64,000 nucleotides of DNA. Origin: SAR116 cluster bacterium (lineage in GTDB: Bacteria > Pseudomonadota > Alphaproteobacteria > Puniceispirillales > Puniceispirillaceae). The first letter of the stretch is position 1. Every line of letters starts with the position of its first letter. Of this stretch, positions 17,125 to 26,772 are shown piece after piece. The stretch lies in the NCBI GenBank assembly GCA_004212735.1, contig SHBD01000002.1, forward strand, positions 156,323 to 220,322, in the 5' to 3' direction. The notes under the pieces are model-generated. The model was given only the letters and a program-made list of their open reading frames with translations. It was not told the DNA's origin and did not search any database. The translations under genes and the position numbers were made by a program.

Positions 17125-18432
17125 ATGGACGAGATGAGTGGTGACTATAAATTTGACACTTTGAGCCTGCATGCAGGGCACGTGCCCGATCCAGTCCACG
17201 GATCGCGGGCGGTGCCAATTCACCAGACAACATCCTATGTGTTTAAGGATAGTGAACATGCTGCCGCTCTTTATAATATGGAACTTGGCGGCCACCTTTA
17301 TACGCGTATCTCGAACCCGACCGTTGCCGTGCTGGAACAGCGCGTCGCCGCTCTTGATGGCGGTGTTGCTGCGACAGGGACAGCATCTGGCATGGCAGCG
17401 CTGACGACAGCTGTAATGACAATCTGTTCAGCCGGTGACCATGTTGTTGCCTCGTCACGTATGTATGGGGCGAACATCAATCTGCTGGAAAACACGCTGC
17501 CCAGATTCGGCATTACCACCACCTTTGTGGCGCCAGATGATCTGGCGGCGATCGAAGCCGCCATTCAGCCAAACACAAAAATCGTCTTTGGCGAGGTTAT
17601 CGGCAATCCGGGCCTTGATGTCATGGATGTCGAGGCGGTCGCAAAGATCACCGCCAAGGCCGGCGTACCCCTGATGCTGGATTGCACTTTCAACACGCCG
17701 TGGCTGCTCAAGCCAATTGATCTTGGTGCTAACATCATCATTCATTCCCTGACAAAGTGGATGGGAGGCCATGGCATTGCAATCGGTGGTGCCGTTGTTG
17801 ACGGTGGCAATTTTAATTGGGACCAGAATGGCAAATTCCCAACGATCGCCGGCCCGCATTATGCGATGAATGAAATCAATTTCTTTGAGGAATTTGGCCC
17901 GGCTGCTTTCACTGCAAAATTTCGAGCCGAAGGCATGTATAATTTCGGCCCTTCCATGTCACCAACCAACGCTTTCCACATATTGCAAGGCATTGAAACC
18001 CTGCCGCTGCGTATGCAGAAGCACATGGAAAATACGGCAGCGCTGCTTGAGTTCCTGACCAGCCATGATGCGGTGGCCTGGGTCCGTCACCCAACACTTG
18101 CCGATCATCCGAGCTATGAATTGGTCAAGAAGATGCTGCCACGTGGTGCCGGTTCGATCATCGTCTTTGGTCTGAAGGGCGGGCGCGATGCTGGTAAGGC
18201 CTTCATTGAAGCCGTCGATTTGGCATCGCACCTAGCCAATGTTGGCGATGCAAAGACTCTCGTCATCCATCCTGCCAGCACAACTCACTCGCATATTTCA
18301 GCAGAGGCCATGCTCGAGGGCGGTCTTTCCGACGATATGATCAGGCTGTCAGTAGGGCTTGAGCATGTCAGCGATATCATCGCCGATTTCGAGCAGGGTT
18401 TCAAAGCAGCAGCCCGAAAAACCAAGTCATAA
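17125..18432 (+). CDS. metY: O-acetylhomoserine sulfhydrylase (PLP-dependent, Cys/Met metabolism family)
   Basis: FDTLSLHAGH...AVPIHQTTSYVF...YTRISNPT...HSLTKWMGGHG (PLP lysine context). Confidence 0.85.
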   Translation: MDEMSGDYKFDTLSLHAGHVPDPVHGSRAVPIHQTTSYVFKDSEHAAALYNMELGGHLYTRISNPTVAVLEQRVAALDGGVAATGTASGMAALTTAVMTICSAGDHVVASSRMYGANINLLENTLPRFGITTTFVAPDDLAAIEAAIQPNTKIVFGEVIGNPGLDVMDVEAVAKITAKAGVPLMLDCTFNTPWLLKPIDLGANIIIHSLTKWMGGHGIAIGGAVVDGGNFNWDQNGKFPTIAGPHYAMNEINFFEEFGPAAFTAKFRAEGMYNFGPSMSPTNAFHILQGIETLPLRMQKHMENTAALLEFLTSHDAVAWVRHPTLADHPSYELVKKMLPRGAGSIIVFGLKGGRDAGKAFIEAVDLASHLANVGDAKTLVIHPASTTHSHISAEAMLEGGLSDDMIRLSVGLEHVSDIIADFEQGFKAAARKTKS

Positions 18433-18457
18433 CAGATCAGGTGAAGGAGCGTGGGTG

Positions 18458-19252
18458 ATGAAACATCAATTGCATGATGCAACAATCCATATCGCCACCG
18501 GCGGGCGTGATTTTGATGCCACCGGAAATGTTGTTGTCCTGCTGCATGGTAGCGGACAGAATCATCTCACTTGGGTTCTGCAAAGCCGTTACCTGGCTCA
18601 TCGCGGATTTGCCATCCTCGCCCCCGATCTTCCGGGCCATGGTCTGTCAGGAGGTTCACCACTCGATAGTATTGAGGCAATGACCGGGTGGCTCATTCAG
18701 CTATTGGACAGCCTTGGTGTTGCTACCGCAACGCTGATTGGCCATTCACAGGGCGTGCTGATCGCGCTTGAAACTGCAGCAAAGCATCCTGACAGAATCA
18801 AGGCGCTGGGGCTGATTGCCGGTGCCATGGCCATTCCAGTCAATGAATTTCTGGTGAATATGTCGGAGACCGCGCTGGAAAAGGCTATCAAAATGATGAC
18901 CAGCTGGGGACACGGCCCGAGTGCACACATGTATGACAACAGCATGCCCGGCCATTCATTCCTGGGGTTTGGCCGGCGGGTCATGGACATGAACAATCGC
19001 GACGCCCTGCTTGCTGATCTCAAAGCCTGCAACGCCTACACCACGGGTAAGGACGCCGCAGCCAGCATCACACAGCCAACAATTTGCATTCTCGCGCAAG
19101 AGGACAAAATGACCCCGCTCAAATCCGGGATGGGCATGGGCGAGAGCATCGCCGGCGCTGAAACGATGGTGATTCCAAAAGCGGGACATTTTTTGCCAGC
19201 CGAGGCCCCCCTGGATGTCAATGCGGCCTTGCAGCGATTTCTGCAAAACTAA
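18458..19252 (+). CDS. alpha/beta-fold hydrolase
   Basis: VVLLHGSGQNH, PDLPGHG and the nucleophile elbow GHSQG. GAAGGAG lies upstream of the ATG at 18458. Confidence 0.75.
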   Translation: MKHQLHDATIHIATGGRDFDATGNVVVLLHGSGQNHLTWVLQSRYLAHRGFAILAPDLPGHGLSGGSPLDSIEAMTGWLIQLLDSLGVATATLIGHSQGVLIALETAAKHPDRIKALGLIAGAMAIPVNEFLVNMSETALEKAIKMMTSWGHGPSAHMYDNSMPGHSFLGFGRRVMDMNNRDALLADLKACNAYTTGKDAAASITQPTICILAQEDKMTPLKSGMGMGESIAGAETMVIPKAGHFLPAEAPLDVNAALQRFLQN

Positions 19253-19299
19253 TCCCCCAGTTTAATCAATCAACCCAGATATTTTGAAAGTTCAGCATA

Positions 19300-21630
19300 A
19301 TGGATGAGCCAAACTTTAAGAAAATTGCCGTAATTGGTGCGGGCACAATGGGGAGTGGAATTGCGGCACAGATCGCCAATGCCGGCCACGAAGTTCTACT
19401 ACTTGACCTTGCTGCAAGAGATGGTGAGGACAAAACACCGACCGAGATGGCAATTGACAGGCTGATTGCATCTGATCCGCCGCAATTGATGCACAGGAAA
19501 AATACCGCATTGATCACGACTGGCACGATTGATGGAGATTTTCACAAACTGGCTGACTGTGACTGGATCATCGAGGCTGTTGTGGAACGCCTTGATATCA
19601 AAAAAGCGCTGTATAAGCGCCTTGATGAGACTATTCATGCAGAGTGCATCGTCAGTTCAAACACCTCGACAATCCCCATCAGCCTTTTGGTGGAGGATAT
19701 GCCAGCAACTTTTCGCCGGCGGTTCGCAATCACTCATTATTTCAACCCCGTTCGCTATATGCGCCTTCTCGAGTTGGTTCGCGGCACCGATACCAGCCAG
19801 GAGGTCATGGACAGACTTGCCGATTACAATGACCAGATTCTTGGCAAAGGGGTCGTCAGATGCGCTGACACACCGGGCTTCCTTGGCAACCGTGTTGGCG
19901 TCTTTGCCCTTCAGGTTGGCATTGATGAAGCATTTAGATGTGGTCTGACAATAGAGGAAGCTGATGCCCTTATGGGGCGGCCCATGGGCATTCCGAAAAC
20001 TGGCGTGTTTGGTCTTTACGATCTGATCGGTGTTGATTTGATGGTCGATGTTGTCGCTTCACTGCGTTCAATCCTGCCAGACGGTGATGCCTTTCACGCC
20101 GTTGGCGGCGAAAATGAGATGATCAACAGCATGATCAAGGATGGATACACCGGCGATAAGGGCAAGGGTGGCTTCTATATGACTGGTGCAGATGAGGTAA
20201 GAATGGCGCGACCACTGACCGGTACTGGTGAGACACTTGCCGCATACCGTATTGCAGCCACCACCCTACCAAAAGCTGCGGTTAATGCCGCCGAGGCGAC
20301 AGCGCAGCGCCAGGAGCCGCTGGACGCCATTCTTGCAGGTGATGATGCCTGTACGAGATTCAGCCGCCGTGTTCTTGCCCGCGTACTTGCCTACTCCGCT
20401 AGCCTGATCCCAGATGTCACCCAGACACCACAGGATATCGATGATGCGATGAAACTTGGCTTCAACTGGCAGCGTGGTCCGTTTGAGTTGATGGATGCAA
20501 TCGGACATGCACGCATGACAGAACTCCTACGCGAGGCTGATCTGGACATTCCCGCGATCATGCAGGACGCCAAACCATTTTATGCTATCAATGATGCTGC
20601 CCTGACAGTGCGTCAAGCCGACGGCGAGTATCAGCCGGTTAATCTGCCTGCCGGTGTCATTCGTTTCCATATGACACGCCAAACAATAACACCCATCACC
20701 GAAAACAACGGGGCAAGTCTTTTTGCGCTTGATGACGACCTGCGGCTTGTCGAGTTCCATTCCAAGGCAAATGCGTTGACGGATGAGTCAATGCAGATCG
20801 TTGCTGCGGCCGCAGAAGATCATGGCAAAGGCATAATCATTCACAATGATGCCCAGCATTTTTCTGCAGGCGTTGATCTGAATGCTTTTCGCGCCTTTAT
20901 CGAGGCAGGTGATTGGGATGGCATAGACCGGTTCCTGTGGCGCTTTCAGGATGCCGTGCGTAAACTGAAATATACACCTGTTCCCGTTATCGGCGCACCA
21001 TCCGGCCTTGCGGCTGGCGGTGGGTATGAGGTTCTGGCGCATTGTGACAAGCTGGTGGTTCATACCAACTCGGTGATGGGTCTTGTTGAGGCGGGTGTCG
21101 GCGTCGTGCCCGGTGGAGGCGGGATCAAGGAGACTTATCTGCGGTGGAGTGACGCAAAAGGCTCGTGGGATGATGCCGCGTGGCAGACGTGGATGAATCT
21201 TGGATATGGCCTGACCGGCTCGTCACCACAGCTTTCTGCACGGCTACAATATTTCCGCGATGGGTATGACGAAACCATCATGAACCGTGACAGGTTGCTG
21301 CCGCGCGCCATTGCACTTGTCGGTGAAATGCAGGATGGCTACGCCGCGCCAACACCGCCTGTTGCAAAACTGGCAAGTTGGGAGTTGCATGAAAAAATGG
21401 ATAAGTTCATGCAGGATGGCGTCGGCCGGGGTGATTTCATGCCACATGACCGAACAGTGGCAATGACCATCGCCAAGGTGATGCTGCGCGCCGGTGATGA
21501 TCCAGAAAGCGTTGACGAGCAGGCGCTCTATGCCCGTGAGCGACGCGCCTTTATTACGCTGGCAAAAACCCGTGAAACACACGCACGGATCAGTTCGATG
21601 CTTGATGACGGCTCGGCTGTCCGCAATTAG
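19300..21630 (+). CDS. bifunctional 3-hydroxyacyl-CoA dehydrogenase / enoyl-CoA hydratase (FadB-like, dehydrogenase domain first)
   Basis: N-terminal IAVIGAGTMGSGIA Rossmann fold and HFFNP-like YFNPV. C-terminal crotonase segment FSAGVDLNAF. Confidence 0.85.
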   Translation: MDEPNFKKIAVIGAGTMGSGIAAQIANAGHEVLLLDLAARDGEDKTPTEMAIDRLIASDPPQLMHRKNTALITTGTIDGDFHKLADCDWIIEAVVERLDIKKALYKRLDETIHAECIVSSNTSTIPISLLVEDMPATFRRRFAITHYFNPVRYMRLLELVRGTDTSQEVMDRLADYNDQILGKGVVRCADTPGFLGNRVGVFALQVGIDEAFRCGLTIEEADALMGRPMGIPKTGVFGLYDLIGVDLMVDVVASLRSILPDGDAFHAVGGENEMINSMIKDGYTGDKGKGGFYMTGADEVRMARPLTGTGETLAAYRIAATTLPKAAVNAAEATAQRQEPLDAILAGDDACTRFSRRVLARVLAYSASLIPDVTQTPQDIDDAMKLGFNWQRGPFELMDAIGHARMTELLREADLDIPAIMQDAKPFYAINDAALTVRQADGEYQPVNLPAGVIRFHMTRQTITPITENNGASLFALDDDLRLVEFHSKANALTDESMQIVAAAAEDHGKGIIIHNDAQHFSAGVDLNAFRAFIEAGDWDGIDRFLWRFQDAVRKLKYTPVPVIGAPSGLAAGGGYEVLAHCDKLVVHTNSVMGLVEAGVGVVPGGGGIKETYLRWSDAKGSWDDAAWQTWMNLGYGLTGSSPQLSARLQYFRDGYDETIMNRDRLLPRAIALVGEMQDGYAAPTPPVAKLASWELHEKMDKFMQDGVGRGDFMPHDRTVAMTIAKVMLRAGDDPESVDEQALYARERRAFITLAKTRETHARISSMLDDGSAVRN

Positions 21631-21684
21631 GCATATCTGTCAGACCCGGACAGGCAAACGCCCGGGCCTGGGGCCAGCCCAGCT

Positions 21685-23460
21685 TTAGAGCCAATCTGGG
21701 TTAATTGCCGCCAGAGCGTCTGGGCCATGCCTCATTTTCGCGGCCAGCTTGTCGACCTCAGGTAGGCAATAGGCCATATAGGCATTTGCCGTCGCCTGTT
21801 TGGCGTGCATAAAGTCGGGCGCACCCTCACCATCGGCCAGTGCCCGGCTCGCCGCGGCGCCCGCACGCGCCATCTGCCAGCCACCAGCCAGATATCCAAG
21901 CATCATGGTGAAATCAACACCCGCGGACGCCGCATCACGGGGCGAATTCGCCCGGGCGAGCAAGGCGTCCAGCGCACTCTCTGCAGTTTGCGCTGCCTCA
22001 TTCATTGCTGTTGCGAGTGCCGCCAGACTCTCGCCAGCAGAAGCGACATCATCCATATCCGTACGGATTTCAGATATCAGCCTGCGGACCGCGTTACCGT
22101 TATCACGTAACGTCTTGCGGAAAACCAGATCATTTGCCTGAATTGCCGTCGTGCCTTCATAAATTGGCAGAATACGGGCATCACGGTAGTGCTGAGCGGC
22201 GCCGGTTTCCTCAATAAAGCCCATGCCGCCATGCACCTGCACGGCATCAGAGGTTAAAACAAGCGAACGTTCGGTCATCCAACCCTTGATGATTGGGATC
22301 AGCAGATTTACGCGCTCCTGCCAGAAACCATCATCATCGATTGTGGCGTCATGTGCCAAGTCAAGGGCACAGCCGCCAACAAGCAGTAACGCCCGCATCG
22401 CCTCAATTTCGGCCTTCATCGTGGTCATCAACCGCAACACATCCGGGTGATGTAGAATAGATTGGCCCTTCTCGCCTTGCAGTGGCGTTCCCTGAACCCG
22501 GTCACGCGTGTAGCTAAGCGCATGCTGATAGGCGCGGTCGGAGATGGCCAACCCTTGCAGGCCGACATCATACCGGGCACTGTTCATCATCAGGAACATG
22601 CAATCCAGGCCCTTTTGCTCCTCGCCCAACAAATACCCGATGGCACCTTCATTCTGACCATATTGCAAAACGGCGGTTGGTGAGGCCTTGATCCCCAGTT
22701 TCTTTTCAATCGACAAACACCGTACGTCATTGCGCTCGCCCCGACTGCCATCCGGATTGACCAGATATTTTGGCACGATGAACAATGAGATACCCTTCAC
22801 GCCTGGAGGAGCATCGGGGGTTCTAGCCAGCACCAGATGAACGATGTTTTCGCTCATTTCATGCTCGCCATAGGTGATGTAGATTTTCTGTCCCTTGATA
22901 CGGTAATGATCACCCTCAGGAGTGGCCATGGTGCGCATTGCGGCCAGATCAGTGCCAGCCTGAGGTTCACTCAAATTCATGGTGCCTGTCCATTCACCAC
23001 TATTCAGCTTCGGCAGATAGGTTGCCTTCTGCTCTTCATTACCAACCGCCTCAAGCGCATGAATGGCACCTTGGGTTAAAAGCTGACACAGCGCGAACCC
23101 CATATTGGAGGCGTGCCACATTTCATTGACAGCCGCGCTGACACATTGAGGCAGACCCTGCCCGCCATAGTCAGGTGACGCGTTCAGGCCGATCCAGCCA
23201 CCCTCTGCCATTGCTTTCCAGGCATCGGCGAATCCGTCTGGGACGGTTACAGTTCCATCGTCATTGCGGCGTGAACCGGCCATGTCCCCAGCGTGATTGA
23301 GCGGTGCCAGAACATCGCCCGCAAGCTTGCCAGCTTCTTCCAGCACGGCATCAACAAGATCTTCCGATACCATATCCATCCCGGGGATCGCTGCTACCCG
23401 ATCTAGCCCTACAAGATAACGCAGGGTAAATTTAATATCTTCAACTGGTGCCTGATACAT
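21685..23460 (-). CDS. long acyl-CoA dehydrogenase (DmdC-like, with N- and C-terminal extension domains)
   Basis: 591 aa. N-terminus MYQAPVEDIKFTL is typical of this ACAD subfamily. Core contains GGMGFIEETGAAQHYRDARILPIYEGT. Confidence 0.85.
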   Translation of the reverse strand: MYQAPVEDIKFTLRYLVGLDRVAAIPGMDMVSEDLVDAVLEEAGKLAGDVLAPLNHAGDMAGSRRNDDGTVTVPDGFADAWKAMAEGGWIGLNASPDYGGQGLPQCVSAAVNEMWHASNMGFALCQLLTQGAIHALEAVGNEEQKATYLPKLNSGEWTGTMNLSEPQAGTDLAAMRTMATPEGDHYRIKGQKIYITYGEHEMSENIVHLVLARTPDAPPGVKGISLFIVPKYLVNPDGSRGERNDVRCLSIEKKLGIKASPTAVLQYGQNEGAIGYLLGEEQKGLDCMFLMMNSARYDVGLQGLAISDRAYQHALSYTRDRVQGTPLQGEKGQSILHHPDVLRLMTTMKAEIEAMRALLLVGGCALDLAHDATIDDDGFWQERVNLLIPIIKGWMTERSLVLTSDAVQVHGGMGFIEETGAAQHYRDARILPIYEGTTAIQANDLVFRKTLRDNGNAVRRLISEIRTDMDDVASAGESLAALATAMNEAAQTAESALDALLARANSPRDAASAGVDFTMMLGYLAGGWQMARAGAAASRALADGEGAPDFMHAKQATANAYMAYCLPEVDKLAAKMRHGPDALAAINPDWL

Positions 23461-23487
23461 TCCAACTATCCTTCACTGCGTAACACA

Positions 23488-25134
23488 CTAATTCGGCAAC
23501 CCTGCCTCTCGCCGGGCCAACTGCACTTCTTCTTCATCCCAGTAACCGATATAGATACCGGCTTTCAGCTGGGCGTGTTTTTCGGTGTAATTCTCTATTG
23601 ACTTGCTCGATTTGGTAACGCGGTGCTTTCGGGACAAGGCCCAGTCGAGCAGCATTTTCTGCAAACGCTGTATCTCACTACCATAGTTTGGATCGCCACC
23701 AAGATCGAAAAACTCTTCAGGGTCTTCCATCAAATCGTGCAGAATTGGCCGGTATCCGTCAATCTGAACCAGCTTGAACCGCCCGTCAAAAATCATTGTC
23801 ATGCCTGTTTCGCCGGGTTTCCGTCCCAATTCCCGGGTCATCGGCTGATGCGCATAATCATATTCGCTGAAAACCGCCTCTCGCCAACTTGGCAGTGTCC
23901 CGCCAGCGATTAATGGCGCAAGTGATCGCCCTTCCACAACATGCTCCCTGACATCGCCGCCACACGCCTCGACAAAGGTTGGCAGCAGGTCAATGCCCTC
24001 AACCAGCTGTTCATTTACTGTGCCTCGCGTGGCATCAGCACTGCTACGTGGATCATAGATGATCAGCGGCACCCTGACCGATTGCTGATGGAACATGTCC
24101 TTTTCACCCATCCAATGATCACCGAGGTAATCACCATGATCAGAAGAAAACACGATCATCGTATTGTCGAGCAATCCTTTCGCCTCGAGGAAGGCCATCA
24201 GCAGACCCATCTGATCATCAATCTGTTTGATCAACCCCATGTAGGCTGGCAGAACATGGTCGCGCACACCATCGCGTGAAAACACCTGAGACGCACGCTG
24301 ATTCATGAACGCATCATAAACAGGGTGGGGATTCTGCCGCTCATTGTCATGCCGCATTACCGGCAGCAGATGCCTTTTGTCATAAATCGCATGGTAAGGA
24401 GCCGGGACGATATAGGGCCAATGTGGTTTGATGAATGACAAATGGCAGCACCAGCGTTGGTTTTCCGCCTCAGCCTCATCAATGAATTGCATCGCACGGC
24501 GTGTCATATAGGGCGTTTCGCTGTCTTCCTCTTTGGCGCGCGCAGGTTTGTCGGCATGCGCCAAAAGCCAGCCTGAGAGAATATTCCCGTTATCATCCTC
24601 GGCGGCGTTGGCCCAGTCATGCCATGGATTTTCACCACTATAGCCCCGTTCAGCCATATATTTGTTATAGGACAGATCACGCGTGGACGGCCTTTCGTGA
24701 GGATGAAGACCATCGTCACGCTCGTAGGGCTCAAACCCACATTGCGAGACATGAACACCAATTCTGGAGTCAGCATCAATGCCGAGCCGGTCCATGGCTT
24801 CCCTGTCCAGCTGCATATGTGTCTTGCCAACCAGAACGGTTCTCATGCCAAGTTCACCCAGATAATCACCCAGCGTCAATTCATCAACACGCAGCGGCAC
24901 ATTGTTCCAGACGGCACCGGTTGAGCGGCAATAACGGCCAGTGTAGTAGCTCATCCGCGACGATCCACATACCGGCGACTGAACGTAGGCTTGGTCAAAA
25001 CGCACACCCCGTGACGCGAGTGCATCAATGTTGGGGGTATGCAGATGTGGGTGGCCCGTGCATGACAGGTAGTCGAAGCGCAGCTGATCTGCCATGATCC
25101 ACAGCACATTACGAACCGTTGCACCCACTTCCAC
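23488..25134 (-). CDS. sulfatase / phosphonate-monoester-hydrolase-like enzyme with atypical CGSSR active-site motif
   Basis: NVLWIMADQLR... SPVCGSSRMSYYTGRY ...FSSDHGD. The alkaline-phosphatase-superfamily sulfatase signature is present except that Pro in CxPxR is Ser. Confidence 0.8.
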   Translation of the reverse strand: MEVGATVRNVLWIMADQLRFDYLSCTGHPHLHTPNIDALASRGVRFDQAYVQSPVCGSSRMSYYTGRYCRSTGAVWNNVPLRVDELTLGDYLGELGMRTVLVGKTHMQLDREAMDRLGIDADSRIGVHVSQCGFEPYERDDGLHPHERPSTRDLSYNKYMAERGYSGENPWHDWANAAEDDNGNILSGWLLAHADKPARAKEEDSETPYMTRRAMQFIDEAEAENQRWCCHLSFIKPHWPYIVPAPYHAIYDKRHLLPVMRHDNERQNPHPVYDAFMNQRASQVFSRDGVRDHVLPAYMGLIKQIDDQMGLLMAFLEAKGLLDNTMIVFSSDHGDYLGDHWMGEKDMFHQQSVRVPLIIYDPRSSADATRGTVNEQLVEGIDLLPTFVEACGGDVREHVVEGRSLAPLIAGGTLPSWREAVFSEYDYAHQPMTRELGRKPGETGMTMIFDGRFKLVQIDGYRPILHDLMEDPEEFFDLGGDPNYGSEIQRLQKMLLDWALSRKHRVTKSSKSIENYTEKHAQLKAGIYIGYWDEEEVQLARREAGLPN

Positions 25135-25200
25135 TGTCTCCTGCCAATCCGGCCTTGTTTTAGTTACAGGCCCTGCACCAGCCTAGTGGCAGGGTGTGTC

Positions 25201-26757
25201 TCAGCCAAGCCTAATATCGTATCGGCTGCGCAACGTCTGATCTAGATCAACCGAAATATGCTGGGGATGAAACTCCGAGAGAATTTGCTCCTTGCGCTTG
25301 GTTGCCTCCTCTACGAGCACCGGTTTGCCCAGCTCTTCCCACTCTTTCGGGCTCGATCTGTCACCAAGTGCCGGATAAACATATTCGGTCTGCATCAGGC
25401 CAATCGTCTGATCATGGCCGAGATAATGACCCGGACCACCCATGCAGACATCCTTCATCACATCGATTCCCAGCGTCTTTTCATTTACTTCAACGCCCCT
25501 GACGCAGCGCATACATTGACCGAGCATGTCGTTGTCGATAATCAGGCTTTCCAGACAGAAACCAAGAAGCGACGCATGCATGCCAGCGGCCTCATAAACC
25601 ATGTTGAGGCCGGCCAATCCGGCCATAACTGCCGTGCTTCCCTTCTCATAACCTGACTGGGCATCTGGCATCTTTGAGTCGGCCATTCCCGAGGCAGCGC
25701 CACCGGGTAAATCGAAATGACGCAACATCTGAGCGCAGGCAGAGGTGAGCAGTCCCTGCTCACCCGAACCACCGGACATGGCACCCGTTCGCAAATCGGA
25801 CACAAATGGCCAGGTGCCAACAATGCAGGGGTGTCCCGGCACCATTGCATTAACATAGATCAAGCCTGCAACAACCTCCGAGAGAGCCTGAGCAACGGCG
25901 CCGGCGATGCTGGCAGGTGCGGTGGCCCCAGCCTGGCCAGCAGACAAAAGCAGCACAGGCATGCCAGCCTTTACCGCTTCTTCCATGACAAGGCAGGACT
26001 CGGTGGCGAAACGTAGCGGTGGAACAACAAAACAATTGCTGTTTGAGACAAATGGCCGCTCGCGCCATTTATCCTCACCACCAGCAATGTCATGCAACAT
26101 CGAAATGCAAGGGGCCATGAACGGAGCTTCTGTAAAACTGACACCAACATGTTTTGTTGTGCCCTTGAGGGCGGCATAAAGGGTGTTTAGGTCAAGAGCC
26201 GCTGGGTCCTCGATATCGCGCGCCACCATGGGCCGTTGGAAAAAATGAATATTGTCCATATTCTCCACAATTCTGGCCGCATCATAAATATCAGCAAGAT
26301 GTGACTCACGGTAGGCATTGTTCTGCATATCAACAACATGAACCGCAGCGCCAGCAGTACCAAAATGAACGCGCGATCCGGACAGAAGCAGGTCATGTTT
26401 GGGATTCTGAGCGTGCAGCGTGATGTTCCGTGCCGCCTGAGCCAGCATCTTGCTGATAACTGGACGGGGGAACCGGATCCGCCCATCATCGCCAGCAATC
26501 GCCCCGACTTTTGTCAAATGGGCAACGCCACTCTCTGGCGCCTGACTGAGCCCAATCTCTTCGAGAATCTGATAAACGGCATCCTCTATGGCGTCCACAG
26601 CAGCAGCATCAAGGGGGCGAAAAGTGCCGCCAATCATGCCAGCACGGACCGGGCGTAGTTCCTCGGCGAGGGGAGCTGAACGCACACTTCGTCTGGCCTC
26701 ACGCCCACCACTTCGGCGGTTTGAACGAGGGATATTTCTGCTTTGCCAAATGGTCAT
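25201..26757 (-). CDS. MttB-superfamily (trimethylamine methyltransferase family) protein, non-pyrrolysine type
   Basis: 518 aa, uninterrupted. The N-terminal RRSGGREARR and overall length are typical of non-Pyl MttB homologues (quaternary-amine methyltransferases). Confidence 0.85.
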   Translation of the reverse strand: MTIWQSRNIPRSNRRSGGREARRSVRSAPLAEELRPVRAGMIGGTFRPLDAAAVDAIEDAVYQILEEIGLSQAPESGVAHLTKVGAIAGDDGRIRFPRPVISKMLAQAARNITLHAQNPKHDLLLSGSRVHFGTAGAAVHVVDMQNNAYRESHLADIYDAARIVENMDNIHFFQRPMVARDIEDPAALDLNTLYAALKGTTKHVGVSFTEAPFMAPCISMLHDIAGGEDKWRERPFVSNSNCFVVPPLRFATESCLVMEEAVKAGMPVLLLSAGQAGATAPASIAGAVAQALSEVVAGLIYVNAMVPGHPCIVGTWPFVSDLRTGAMSGGSGEQGLLTSACAQMLRHFDLPGGAASGMADSKMPDAQSGYEKGSTAVMAGLAGLNMVYEAAGMHASLLGFCLESLIIDNDMLGQCMRCVRGVEVNEKTLGIDVMKDVCMGGPGHYLGHDQTIGLMQTEYVYPALGDRSSPKEWEELGKPVLVEEATKRKEQILSEFHPQHISVDLDQTLRSRYDIRLG

Positions 26758-26772
26758 GTTGGCCTCCTCATG

